Of a stretch of 39,838 nt of DNA, positions 8,065 through 15,964 are shown one piece after another. A program made the translations under genes and the position numbers. A model generated the notes under the pieces. That model was not told the origin of the DNA and searched no databases. It saw only the letters and a list, made by a program, of their open reading frames with translations. The DNA lies in the IMG/VR virus record IMGVR_UViG_3300033417_000028, positions 1-39,838 of that record, one strand, 5' to 3'. Position 1 is the first letter of the stretch. Each line of letters begins with the position of its first letter. The stretch comes from a virus. Lineage: Duplodnaviria > Caudoviricetes.

Positions 8065-8406
8065 TTATTTTTTTTCCGTTTTAATAACATTTCCATTTTT
8101 ATCAAACTGATAAATATCGCCGTCTACAACGGCTGCCGTCAACAATTCGCCGTTTTCTTCGTAAAATAAAGCACCGTCAATAACTATCACCTCTATCCAC
8201 TCTCTGTTAGGGTAACGTTCCGATGTGTCAATTAGCTTTTTCGCAATATCAAGTCTTAATGAGTCCATTAGCTCTTGTTGATCCTTAAGAATATTATATA
8301 CTTTCTCGTCTATCCTGTTTTGACGGGTGACAAAATATTCTGCCAATATATAGGTAAGTATAAGAGAAACGACAAATGAAATAAAAATAATCGTTGTATC
8401 TTTCAT
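8065..8406 (-). CDS. Hypothetical protein with N-terminal TM anchor
   Basis: 113-aa ORF. Confidence 0.7.
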   Translation of the reverse strand: MKDTTIIFISFVVSLILTYILAEYFVTRQNRIDEKVYNILKDQQELMDSLRLDIAKKLIDTSERYPNREWIEVIVIDGALFYEENGELLTAAVVDGDIYQFDKNGNVIKTEKK

Positions 8407-8423
8407 GTTTTTTTGTTTTTGTG

Positions 8424-8484
8424 TTTAAAAAAGAGGTTATACGGTTATCCTCACCGCTTGCCAAACCTTGCAAGTCAAACAAGA
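8424..8484 (-). terminator. Repeated intergenic hairpin plus U-tract element (copy 1)
   Basis: Minus strand: CTTGCAAGGTT..GCGGTGAGGATAACCGTATAACCTCTTTTTT; near-identical to 8803-8859. Confidence 0.6.
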
Positions 8485-8516
8485 TTTTAAATCTCTCTCA
8501 AATAATGCAGCTAGAT

Positions 8517-8768
8517 TTAAGCCCAGTTTATTTTGCCGTCTTTTACTTTAATAAAAAATACATCCGCCATCTCATAGCTCACGAAATCTCTCATTTTTTC
8601 ATTTGTTGAGGTGTTGTGGAATTTTTCTTTGCAGAATTTACGCATCCTTACAAGCTCTTCGGCGCACTCTTTTTTTGTCCCTTCAAAATGTTTGCTTCCG
8701 TGGTAGTATACTTGCTCGGCGCTCTGGTTCCCGCGGCTGTGACTTAAAATGTAGTATGTTGCTTTCAT
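8517..8768 (-). CDS. Hypothetical early protein
   Basis: 83-aa ORF. Confidence 0.7.
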   Translation of the reverse strand: MKATYYILSHSRGNQSAEQVYYHGSKHFEGTKKECAEELVRMRKFCKEKFHNTSTNEKMRDFVSYEMADVFFIKVKDGKINWA

Positions 8769-8802
8769 GTTTTGTGGTGTTTTTTTAGTTATTTATATTA
8801 TA

Positions 8803-8859
8803 TTTAAAAAAGAGGTTCTACGGTTATCCCCACCGCTTGCAACCTTGCAAGTGACAAGA
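8803..8859 (-). terminator. Repeated intergenic hairpin plus U-tract element (copy 2)
   Basis: Minus strand: CTTGCAAGGTT-GCAAGCGGTGGGGATAACCGTAGAACCTCTTTTTT. Confidence 0.6.
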
Positions 8860-8860
8860 A

Positions 8861-9106
8861 TTATAATTTTATCTCTACGTCGTAGAGGTTTCTTGTTTTC
8901 GGGCTAATATTTGCATCAAAAACTATGGTAGACCCTACGCTTAATGTTCCCTTTATTGAATTTCCATCCTTGTTAATAGGGAACCAGTTTACATCTTTTG
9001 GATGTATGAAATGCGCATAATTCATTCCGGATAATGATACTTCGATTGAGTTATAGCTATATGATATACTCTTAATTGTTTGGGTAATTTTTTTATTCGT
9101 TTTCAT
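8861..9106 (-). CDS. Hypothetical early protein
   Basis: 81 aa; leader AACTAAAAACCTTGCAAAATG shared with the gene starting at 9444. Confidence 0.7.
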   Translation of the reverse strand: MKTNKKITQTIKSISYSYNSIEVSLSGMNYAHFIHPKDVNWFPINKDGNSIKGTLSVGSTIVFDANISPKTRNLYDVEIKL

Positions 9107-9141
9107 TTTGCAAGGTTTTTAGTTTTTAAGTGTTTAAGTGT

Positions 9142-9444
9142 TTATAAAAATTTACATGCGCCGTATTTTCCACTTCTGTAGTTTTCGGTAGACTTTCTAT
9201 CTAACCATGCTAATTTGCTTTCTATTGAAGATAAATGATTTTCTTCTTCTTTTGTAATCTCTCTTTTTACTGATTTTGCTTTTACTGATTTAAAAACTTC
9301 TATTGGAGCGTCAGTTAAGTTTGTAAATTTGTTTAACATTTTTTTTTCTTCGCCTGTCGCTACGATTACTATTGTAGTTGTGTTTGCGTCAGAAGACAAA
9401 ACTTTTACCTCTCCGAATTGTTTGTGAAACTTTGTAGCTTTCAT
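9142..9444 (-). CDS. Hypothetical early protein
   Basis: 100 aa; TATATTTG box at 9483-9490 upstream. Confidence 0.75.
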   Translation of the reverse strand: MKATKFHKQFGEVKVLSSDANTTTIVIVATGEEKKMLNKFTNLTDAPIEVFKSVKAKSVKREITKEEENHLSSIESKLAWLDRKSTENYRSGKYGACKFL

Positions 9445-9595
9445 TTTGCAAGGTTTTTAGTTGTTATTATTAATTTATACAACAAATATAAAGTAAAAGG
9501 TGTTACCAGTCAAGTAATAATTAAGTTATTTTCATTTATTTAGTCTAAATTATTTATACTTTCGTCGACGGCCTAATGGTAGCGTGTGTTTCGGG

Positions 9596-9781
9596 CTATC
9601 TAATTACTTTATAATTCTTCCCTATAAGATATAGGACGGGGTTATCACCAACGGTGTATACAGGCGATATCCTTCCTGCATGTATCCATTGATATACCGC
9701 CTTAGTGCTTACCTTCTCATCATCGGCCACATCGGCCACCTTAATCTTGTCCATTATTTTAATCAATTCTGTTTTTTTCAT
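9596..9781 (-). CDS. Small HTH DNA-binding protein (excisionase-like)
   Basis: VADVADDEKVSTKAVYQWIHAGRI pattern. Confidence 0.65.
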   Translation of the reverse strand: MKKTELIKIMDKIKVADVADDEKVSTKAVYQWIHAGRISPVYTVGDNPVLYLIGKNYKVIR

Positions 9782-9821
9782 GTGTGTTTAATTTAATATA
9801 AATCAATTAGTTATGTTGCCT

Positions 9822-9847
9822 AGTTGCTCTTAGCGATATGTTAGGTG
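9822..9847. mobile_element. Array-terminal core site F (non-hairpin, attI-like candidate)
   Basis: AGTTGCTCTTAGCGATAT-GTTAGGTG; core complementary to CACCTAAC at 10704; 21/22 inverted copy at 11994-12015. Confidence 0.55.
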
Positions 9848-9892
9848 CAAGTTTTAAATAAATATTTTTTGCCCACGCTCCCATAAAATTTT

Positions 9893-10651
9893 TCAAATTT
9901 TTAAAAGGTTAATAGCCTTAAATATCTCAAATGCAACCTGTGGCACTATTGCGTTTCCGTATGCTTTAATGCTTTCGTTTCTCCATTTAGAAAAGGTAAT
10001 TCCGTCCAGTCTTTCGGAAAGCCCATCATTTCCGCTACCAAAGAAGGACGTAGCAATTGTTGGTTTGAAACCTCCAAGTTCAATAAAATCTTTATGGCTG
10101 TTTCCGTGTGTGGGCTGTTCCGTTTCCGTTCGCTTTGGCAATCCTTTTTGTCCCCTCTTGCTTTTGGAGTGTCCAATAAACCAAACTCTGTCCCTCCGAT
10201 GGGTAGCGTCTTTGGCACAAGCTGGAAGTATATACGTGAATACTTCGTAGCCCTCATTTTCCAAATCAGCTTGCACTTCGTTGAATACCATTCCCCCGTT
10301 CCAATTAACAATTCCGCTAACATTTTCCCCCACAACCCAACTTGGTTGAACCTCTCTAATTGCTCTAAGCATTTCCGGCCATAGATGGCGTTCATCCTCT
10401 TTACCTTTTCGCAATCCTGCTGCTGAATATGGTTGGCAGGGAAAACCTCCTGTAATAATGTCAATTGTGTTTGCATATTTTGTAAAATCTGTTTTCGTTA
10501 TATCTCCGTGTCCTTCTGCTTCCGGGAAATGGTATCTTAAAACCTTTTGCCCAAACTCATTCCATTCACACCAAGCAACTGTTTCCCATCCAGCCCATCT
10601 TGCAGCTAAACTAAAACCTCCTATACCTTCAAATAATCCTAAGTGTTTCAT
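9893..10651 (-). CDS. dcm: C5-cytosine DNA methyltransferase (carried as cassette 5)
   Basis: Motif I LFEGIGG, IV GGFPCQ, VI ENV, VIII RDRVW, X YGNAIVPQV. Confidence 0.93.
   Translation of the reverse strand: MKHLGLFEGIGGFSLAARWAGWETVAWCEWNEFGQKVLRYHFPEAEGHGDITKTDFTKYANTIDIITGGFPCQPYSAAGLRKGKEDERHLWPEMLRAIREVQPSWVVGENVSGIVNWNGGMVFNEVQADLENEGYEVFTYILPACAKDATHRRDRVWFIGHSKSKRGQKGLPKRTETEQPTHGNSHKDFIELGGFKPTIATSFFGSGNDGLSERLDGITFSKWRNESIKAYGNAIVPQVAFEIFKAINLLKI
9946..10476 (-). CDS. Alternative-frame ORF nested in the MTase; putative beta subunit carrying motif IX
   Basis: 176-codon open frame ending LVAEMMGFPKDWT, which resembles motif IX; start uncertain. Confidence 0.6.
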   Translation of the reverse strand: MQTQLTLLQEVFPANHIQQQDCEKVKRMNAIYGRKCLEQLERFNQVGLWGKMLAELLIGTGEWYSTKCKLIWKMRATKYSRIYFQLVPKTLPIGGTEFGLLDTPKARGDKKDCQSERKRNSPHTETAIKILLNLEVSNQQLLRPSLVAEMMGFPKDWTELPFLNGETKALKHTETQ

Positions 10652-10703
10652 AATTAAAATGCCAACGCACCCCTCTCAAAAAAAATATTTATTTAAAACC
10701 AGA

Positions 10704-10786
10704 CACCTAACATGGGCTATACAAAAGCTACTCCAACGCACAAGCCAACCCCTCGTAGCCTTCGCATAGCCCCGACCGTTAGCCAC
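10704..10786. mobile_element. attC-like hairpin site G
   Basis: CACCTAAC-at-GGGCTAT..GCTAC...GTAGC..ATAGCCC-cgacc-GTTAGCCAC. Confidence 0.85.
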
Positions 10787-11006
10787 AATTAGCCAACACA
10801 CGCTTTATGTAGTTGTCAAATACTTCATACGCTTCTCTCATTTCCTTTATGTCGTAGGAGAATTGAACTTGCCTTGCGTATTTGAATGCTTCTTTCAATT
10901 CAGCCATATATTTAGAAGTTACTATTGTCTTGCCTTCTTTCGGCTTGGGTATCGAGTCAAGTCCAGATATTACGCTATTTAGTATTTGTTCTTTATTTAA
11001 TGCCAT
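10779..11006 (-). CDS. Hypothetical protein, cassette 6
   Basis: 75 aa; TAA stop inside the GGCTAAC core. Confidence 0.75.
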   Translation of the reverse strand: MALNKEQILNSVISGLDSIPKPKEGKTIVTSKYMAELKEAFKYARQVQFSYDIKEMREAYEVFDNYIKRVLANCG

Positions 11007-11018
11007 CGCTCTTTAAAA

Positions 11019-11118
11019 GTGGCTAACACAAAATATAGTGAATAGCCGATTAAACATTTATTTTTCATAGCCAAGTTTTAGGTGTCGGCTACTCACCATA
11101 TTCAACACGTTATAAAAC
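11019..11118. mobile_element. attC-like hairpin site H
   Basis: GTGGCTAAC..AATATaGTGAaTAGCCGA...TCGGCTAcTCACcATATT-caacac-GTTATAAAAC. Confidence 0.85.
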
Positions 11119-11144
11119 ATTGTTTAATTAATAAAAATAAAAGC

Positions 11145-11663
11145 CTACGCACCGCTTTGAAGAACATTTTTCAAGGCTTCTATGTATTGTTTATAATTTC
11201 CATAATAAACGTGCTTTACCGCCTCATAAAAATCAATTATTTCATCGTGTGTTTTGAATAATTTTTTCGGCAAATGAAAAGTATATTCTCCTTCGTAATT
11301 CCATTCTATTTTTTCTCCTGTTTTCAAAAATTTGAATATACGATTAATTATTGTTCTTGATTTATCTGCGGAACAAGCAGAACCCTCTTTTTCAACAATT
11401 AGTTTCAAAAAATGATTTTCAACAAATCTTGAATGTAGTAGCAAAAAATCAACTTTATCATTTTTGCATATTTCACTTCTTATAAGCCCTTTTAAAAATT
11501 TAGAATGCGGATAAATAAGCGAAAAATAGAAACTCTCACAGTCATCTATTTTCATATTTCCACGTTCTTCAATCAACTTGCTATATAAGTCAATATTATC
11601 TTGCTCTATTGAGCCTAACATTCCGTTAAGCACTTCTTTTATTTTATCATTTTCTAATGCCAT
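11145..11663 (-). CDS. Hypothetical protein between sites H and I
   Basis: 172-aa AT-rich ORF with AAAGCGATG start context like other cassette genes. Confidence 0.75.
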   Translation of the reverse strand: MALENDKIKEVLNGMLGSIEQDNIDLYSKLIEERGNMKIDDCESFYFSLIYPHSKFLKGLIRSEICKNDKVDFLLLHSRFVENHFLKLIVEKEGSACSADKSRTIINRIFKFLKTGEKIEWNYEGEYTFHLPKKLFKTHDEIIDFYEAVKHVYYGNYKQYIEALKNVLQSGA

Positions 11664-11724
11664 CGCTTTTTTTTAATTTTTGTTAGTAGTTATTTATTCA
11701 GTTCATCGGTTAATCAATCCTACT

Positions 11725-11789
11725 GCTGGTAACACCACCTTTGCGCTACTTCGTTCCTCGCAGCAGCAAAGCTGTAACCGTTAGCAAAC
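11725..11789. mobile_element. attC-like hairpin site I
   Basis: GCTGGTAAC-ac-CAcCTTTGC...GCAAAGcTG-taacc-GTTAGCAAAC; loop CTTCGTTCCTC resembles site B loop CTTCGTACCTC. Confidence 0.8.
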
Positions 11790-11905
11790 ATTGCCTTACT
11801 TCTCGGTAATTTTGATGTTTTCGATACTAATACCATTACCATAACCGTTCATCTTGTTTTGTTTTTTTCAGATTAATCGGAATTTCCGATAAATCTAAAT
11901 CTCCA

Positions 11906-11998
11906 CAAATATAGGTTAAATATTAAACGTGTCAAGTATTTTTTATATATTTGTTGAAAATTAGGTTGATTGTTACATTTCGTTGTAGATATGTAACA
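11906..11998. promoter_or_regulatory. Divergent promoter region with palindromic operator
   Basis: TATATTTG on - (11906-11913) and + (11946-11953); TGTTACAT-N12-ATGTAACA at 11971-11998; coding strand switches here. Confidence 0.6.
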
Positions 11999-12053
11999 TA
12001 TCGCTAAGAGTAACTGATCAATGTAACTAACTGAAACCCAAAACGATAAACAC

Positions 12054-12245
12054 ATGAACTACGCTATCAAAGCATTGATTAATCAAGGCAAATTATGCAA
12101 AGATTTACTCCAAAAAAAACGATCTGAATTTTTAGAAAAAGACTTTGAAATGACATCGGATTATGAGTTCTGCGTTGCAGATATTCATAATTTGGAAAAG
12201 CAAATCAAAGAAATAAACGAAGCGATTGAAATACTTACAAGTTAA
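12054..12245 (+). CDS. Hypothetical coiled-coil protein
   Basis: 63-aa first rightward ORF. Confidence 0.65.
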   Translation: MNYAIKALINQGKLCKDLLQKKRSEFLEKDFEMTSDYEFCVADIHNLEKQIKEINEAIEILTS

Positions 12246-12261
12246 ATTAAAAGTAATAATT

Positions 12262-12636
12262 ATGAATAACAAAGAATACGATCTGAGCCGCCAAGTAGCC
12301 AACTACTTAAAGTATCAATATCCAAAAGTAATTTTTCATTTTGATTACGCTGGCCTTAATTTGAGTAAGGCGCAGGCAGGCAGAATGAAGGCAATACAGG
12401 GCGGAAGAGGCTTTCCTGACCTAATGATATTGCAGCCAACTGATGAATATCATGGCTTATTTATCGAATTAAAAGCCGCCAGCATTTTCAAAAAAGACGG
12501 CACAATTAAAAAAGATACGCACCTTCAAGAACAGCGAGATATGCTTTGCGATCTAACGCAAAGGGGCTATTACGCAACCTTTGGCTGCGGCTTCGAAGAT
12601 TGCAAAAAAATTATTGACGAATATTTGCATTTGTAA
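12262..12636 (+). CDS. VRR-NUC (PD-(D/E)XK) nuclease / resolvase-like
   Basis: GFPDLMIL...GLFIELK...Q motif. Confidence 0.85.
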   Translation: MNNKEYDLSRQVANYLKYQYPKVIFHFDYAGLNLSKAQAGRMKAIQGGRGFPDLMILQPTDEYHGLFIELKAASIFKKDGTIKKDTHLQEQRDMLCDLTQRGYYATFGCGFEDCKKIIDEYLHL

Positions 12637-12688
12637 ATAAATAATTAGTATTATTGCAAAAGTTCTTTTGAATTAAATAAATGTTAAT

Positions 12689-12788
12689 GGGTCAGATTAG
12701 CAGGTTAAACATAGTAGCAACGGAAAACAATGCTACCTATACGACACCCCTTATTTGTGCTGACCCCACAGATAAGGGGTTTTGTCGT
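12689..12788 (+). promoter_or_regulatory. Structured leader upstream of the replication genes
   Basis: Long hairpin ACGAC-ACCCCTTAT...ATAAGGGGT-GTCGT whose loop CTGACCC complements GGGTCAG at 12689. Confidence 0.55.
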
Positions 12789-12898
12789 TTTTATAAACTT
12801 AATTTAAAAAATCATGAAAATTGTAAAAGGGAAATTAATCTCGGAGCGCACCAAGCGCAACGGTTCAGCCTTTGGTGTGGAGGGGGTACTTTTTTCCC

Positions 12899-13633
12899 AT
12901 GAATAATTCTTACATAAAAATACTTAGGAAACTTACCGAGTGGGAGTGGTACAAGAGATCGGAAATCGTTCATTTGTTTATTCATTTATTGCTAAAAGCC
13001 AACTTTGTAAACGGCAAATTTCAGGGGGTGGAAGTGAAAAGAGGGCAATTAATAACCGGATTAAACACCCTCTCTGAAAGCACCGGTATCACAGTGCAAT
13101 CAATAAGAACAGGGTTAAAAGCTTTAAAATCAACAGGCGAAATAACAATCCAATCAACAAACAGATTTAGCCTTGTAACCATAATAAACTATGATATTTA
13201 TCAAAGTTTTGATGCAAAGCCAACAAGCAAATCAACAAGCAAACTAACAAACAAACAACAATCAACTAACAAACAACTAACAACAATAGAAGAAGAAGAA
13301 GAAGGGAATAAAGAAAAGAATATATTTAGAGCTTTCAAGCATCTTTCTATTTCTGTTGAAGAAAACAATAAACTTATAAACCTTGGTTACGACCAAATTC
13401 AAATAAATGATATTTACAACAGAATTGAAAATCATAAAAAAAACACAAACTATTCCAGTTTATACCTAACAGCTATTAACTGGCTTAAAATACAATATCC
13501 GAGCGTAACTAAAGGTAAATTAATTAAAACAAAATACACCGAAGAGCAATTGCGAAAGGCAAGGAACTACTGGAGTATGGATAGGATTCTGCCGGACTTT
13601 TTTGATAAAAACGATTTACATTTAATAGAATGA
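12899..13633 (+). CDS. Phage replication initiator protein
   Basis: YIKILRKLTEWEWY...LFIHLLLKAN...RGQLITG winged-helix-like N-terminus, low-complexity linker, directly upstream of the helicase. Confidence 0.8.
   Translation: MNNSYIKILRKLTEWEWYKRSEIVHLFIHLLLKANFVNGKFQGVEVKRGQLITGLNTLSESTGITVQSIRTGLKALKSTGEITIQSTNRFSLVTIINYDIYQSFDAKPTSKSTSKLTNKQQSTNKQLTTIEEEEEGNKEKNIFRAFKHLSISVEENNKLINLGYDQIQINDIYNRIENHKKNTNYSSLYLTAINWLKIQYPSVTKGKLIKTKYTEEQLRKARNYWSMDRILPDFFDKNDLHLIE
13220..13287. repeat. AAC-rich iteron-like repeats (candidate origin)
   Basis: CAACAAGCAAA x2 and ACTAACAA x3 within the initiator linker, as for lambdoid origins. Confidence 0.45.
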
Positions 13634-14589
13634 AGGGCTTCAAAATACTAGAACATTCAGACATTGAAGAGGAGATTGAAGTATATCATCGGCTTGGGGC
13701 TAAAAAGGGTGTGTATCTTGGATTTGAGTCAATGAGGGAATATTATTCTATGAGGCACTCGGGGGTTACGGATTGGACTGGATACCCGTCTTCCGGCAAG
13801 ACAGAGTTATTGTTAGAATGTTTATTTAATACCTCTACGTTCTATGGATGGAAACACTTGTTATTTGTTCCTGATATTGGAGATGAGATAGAAGTAATGG
13901 CTATTTTAATTCACAAATACACAGGAATGACTTTTGATAAAAAATACAATAATTACATATCAATAGCCGATGTTTGGAAAGCATCATCGTGGCTTTTGGA
14001 GCATTTTAAAATACTAAAAAAAACAGACCCGAAAGCAAGTATAACGCCTATTGAATATTGGGACTTTGCGGTACAATGTAAAAAAGAATTTGGAATACAA
14101 ACCGCGTCAATAGATAGTTGGAAGGATATGAAGCATGATTACAATCTACACGGGGGGTATGCCCAATATTTAAGCCATGTTTTACCGTACAGAAATGCCA
14201 TCAGCGAGCAACACAACATCCACTTGCACACGGTAATTCACCCAAAGTCGCCGAGGCGGCAGGACGGAAAAATACAACACCCTGACGTTGACGACATGGA
14301 GGGGGGTGCGCAATGGAATAATAGCGGGAAAGTGATTATAAGCATTCACAGGGAAAATAAAGAGGCTTTTCATGCCGATGTTAAGATTTTGAAAGTAAAG
14401 CCAAAAATCGTTGGAAAGTGGGGATTCTTTGCTATTAATTTTGACCCAGCAGCATCGAGGTATTATGACATATCTCAGGAGTATGGCGGAACAAGGTGTT
14501 ATGCCAGTAAAGGAGATGAGAAGAAAGCGATAATGCCTAACATTATTGATTTTTCAGAACCAATTAAATCGCAAGAACCACCTTTTTAA
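13630..14589 (+). CDS. SF4 (DnaB/T7 gp4-like) replicative helicase
   Basis: Walker A GYPSSGKT, Walker B-like SIDSW, VIHP motif, KVK. Confidence 0.8.
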   Translation: MKGFKILEHSDIEEEIEVYHRLGAKKGVYLGFESMREYYSMRHSGVTDWTGYPSSGKTELLLECLFNTSTFYGWKHLLFVPDIGDEIEVMAILIHKYTGMTFDKKYNNYISIADVWKASSWLLEHFKILKKTDPKASITPIEYWDFAVQCKKEFGIQTASIDSWKDMKHDYNLHGGYAQYLSHVLPYRNAISEQHNIHLHTVIHPKSPRRQDGKIQHPDVDDMEGGAQWNNSGKVIISIHRENKEAFHADVKILKVKPKIVGKWGFFAINFDPAASRYYDISQEYGGTRCYASKGDEKKAIMPNIIDFSEPIKSQEPPF

Positions 14590-14598
14590 AAGATAAAA

Positions 14599-14910
14599 AT
14601 GGACGATATGGAATTTTGGCAGTATTGGGAAAAGTGTAAGTACTTATTTGACGAAATGCAAAACGCTTTGATTAAGGCGAAGGAATCCAATCCGTCTGTA
14701 GACTATACCAAGCACGATGAGAAGTTGCGCATAATGTCCGATTTGCAGGGTTATATTGGAAAGCTTCACGAAAGGGTAACTGTGATTAAAGACATAAATC
14801 TACAACATGGCGAGCGTTATTTTCAAATAAAAATGAGATATATTGCCGAGGTGCAGAAAAATAAAAAATTGGAAGACGAAATAAAAAACTTGAAAATCAA
14901 TATGTCCTAA
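14599..14910 (+). CDS. Hypothetical protein
   Basis: 103-aa ORF. Confidence 0.7.
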   Translation: MDDMEFWQYWEKCKYLFDEMQNALIKAKESNPSVDYTKHDEKLRIMSDLQGYIGKLHERVTVIKDINLQHGERYFQIKMRYIAEVQKNKKLEDEIKNLKINMS

Positions 14911-14918
14911 ACTTCAAT

Positions 14919-15122
14919 ATGAGAAAAACGATATTCCCACGCTTAATGTCGAACCAAATAGTTTTGATAAAAAAAGAAAGGTATAGGGCTGAGATATGGA
15001 ATAAAGGCGAAGAAATGGTGTATGAATTTATATATTTGGGCGAAAACGGATTAAGTAATTTCGAAAAGACAGAGCAAGAGGTGTCAGATGCGATTAAAAA
15101 CAAGATCATTAAAACTATTTAA
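14919..15122 (+). CDS. Hypothetical protein
   Basis: 67-aa ORF. Confidence 0.55.
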   Translation: MRKTIFPRLMSNQIVLIKKERYRAEIWNKGEEMVYEFIYLGENGLSNFEKTEQEVSDAIKNKIIKTI

Positions 15123-15177
15123 TAGAAAAAATTATGGAGTCAAATAATTTAAAGTAAAATATAAAATGGAAGATATT

Positions 15178-15236
15178 TGTTACATATTTTACAAATAATG
15201 TAACAAATACATTTTAAAAAATAATCGCTATATTTG
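15178..15236 (+). promoter_or_regulatory. Palindrome TGTTACAT-N12-ATGTAACA followed by a TATATTTG promoter box
   Basis: 15178-15205 repeats the 11971 palindrome; box at 15229-15236. Confidence 0.55.
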
Positions 15237-15349
15237 TAATATGGAAAATATATGTTTTTTTGAAAGGTGTTTTGGTGAAATAGTTGTATCATTAATGTTT
15301 GGATGGCTATATATGTGTGTTAAGGTATTGAAATGGCTAAAAAAGTAAA

Positions 15350-15964
15350 ATGGCAAAGCAAAAATCACCAACAAAGTTATCAGATCTAATCCCGGACGAT
15401 AAAAACTTCAACAAAGGGTCGGAGTTCGGAAGCTCTTTAATTGAAAAGTCGTTCAGAAAGTTCGGCGCTGGCCGGTCGATTCTTATTGATAAAAATAATC
15501 GGATAATCGCCGGGAATAAGTCGGTTGAAAATGCCGGAGCAATCGGAATGGAAGATGTTCAGATTGTTGAAAGTGATGGTAAACGAATAATTGCAGTAAA
15601 GCGAATAGATATTGACATAGACAGCCCAATAGGCAGGGAGATGGCTTTAGCTGACAATGCCAGCGCAAAGGCGAATATTGTTTTTGACGCTGAATTGTTG
15701 GAGGCAGAGTTAACAGATGCCGATGTAGAGGAGTGGGGGCTTGTAACGCATGACTTAATTGAGGAAGATGTAGACCTAAAGCAACACACAGACAGCGCAG
15801 AAAAGTATATGAACAACACCGTTAGGCAGATTCTTTTAGTTTTTGACAATGAAACGCACAAGGTAGTCGTAGAAAAGCTAAAGGCTATCGGAGAAAAATA
15901 TAACATTTTGGAAGATAATTCAGCAACAGTATTAAAGTTAATAGAATACTATGAAGGTAATTGA
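15350..15964 (+). CDS. ParB N-terminal-like domain protein
   Basis: LIPDDKNFNK...SFRKFGAGRSILIDKNNRIIAGN...ALADN. Confidence 0.8.
   Translation: MAKQKSPTKLSDLIPDDKNFNKGSEFGSSLIEKSFRKFGAGRSILIDKNNRIIAGNKSVENAGAIGMEDVQIVESDGKRIIAVKRIDIDIDSPIGREMALADNASAKANIVFDAELLEAELTDADVEEWGLVTHDLIEEDVDLKQHTDSAEKYMNNTVRQILLVFDNETHKVVVEKLKAIGEKYNILEDNSATVLKLIEYYEGN

Noticed and set aside
2381-11789. Hairpins as ordinary rho-independent terminators or REP elements
   Set aside because: They lack U-tracts, their arms differ between copies, and only the TAAC/GTTA cores and bulge geometry are shared, with cross-site complementarity.
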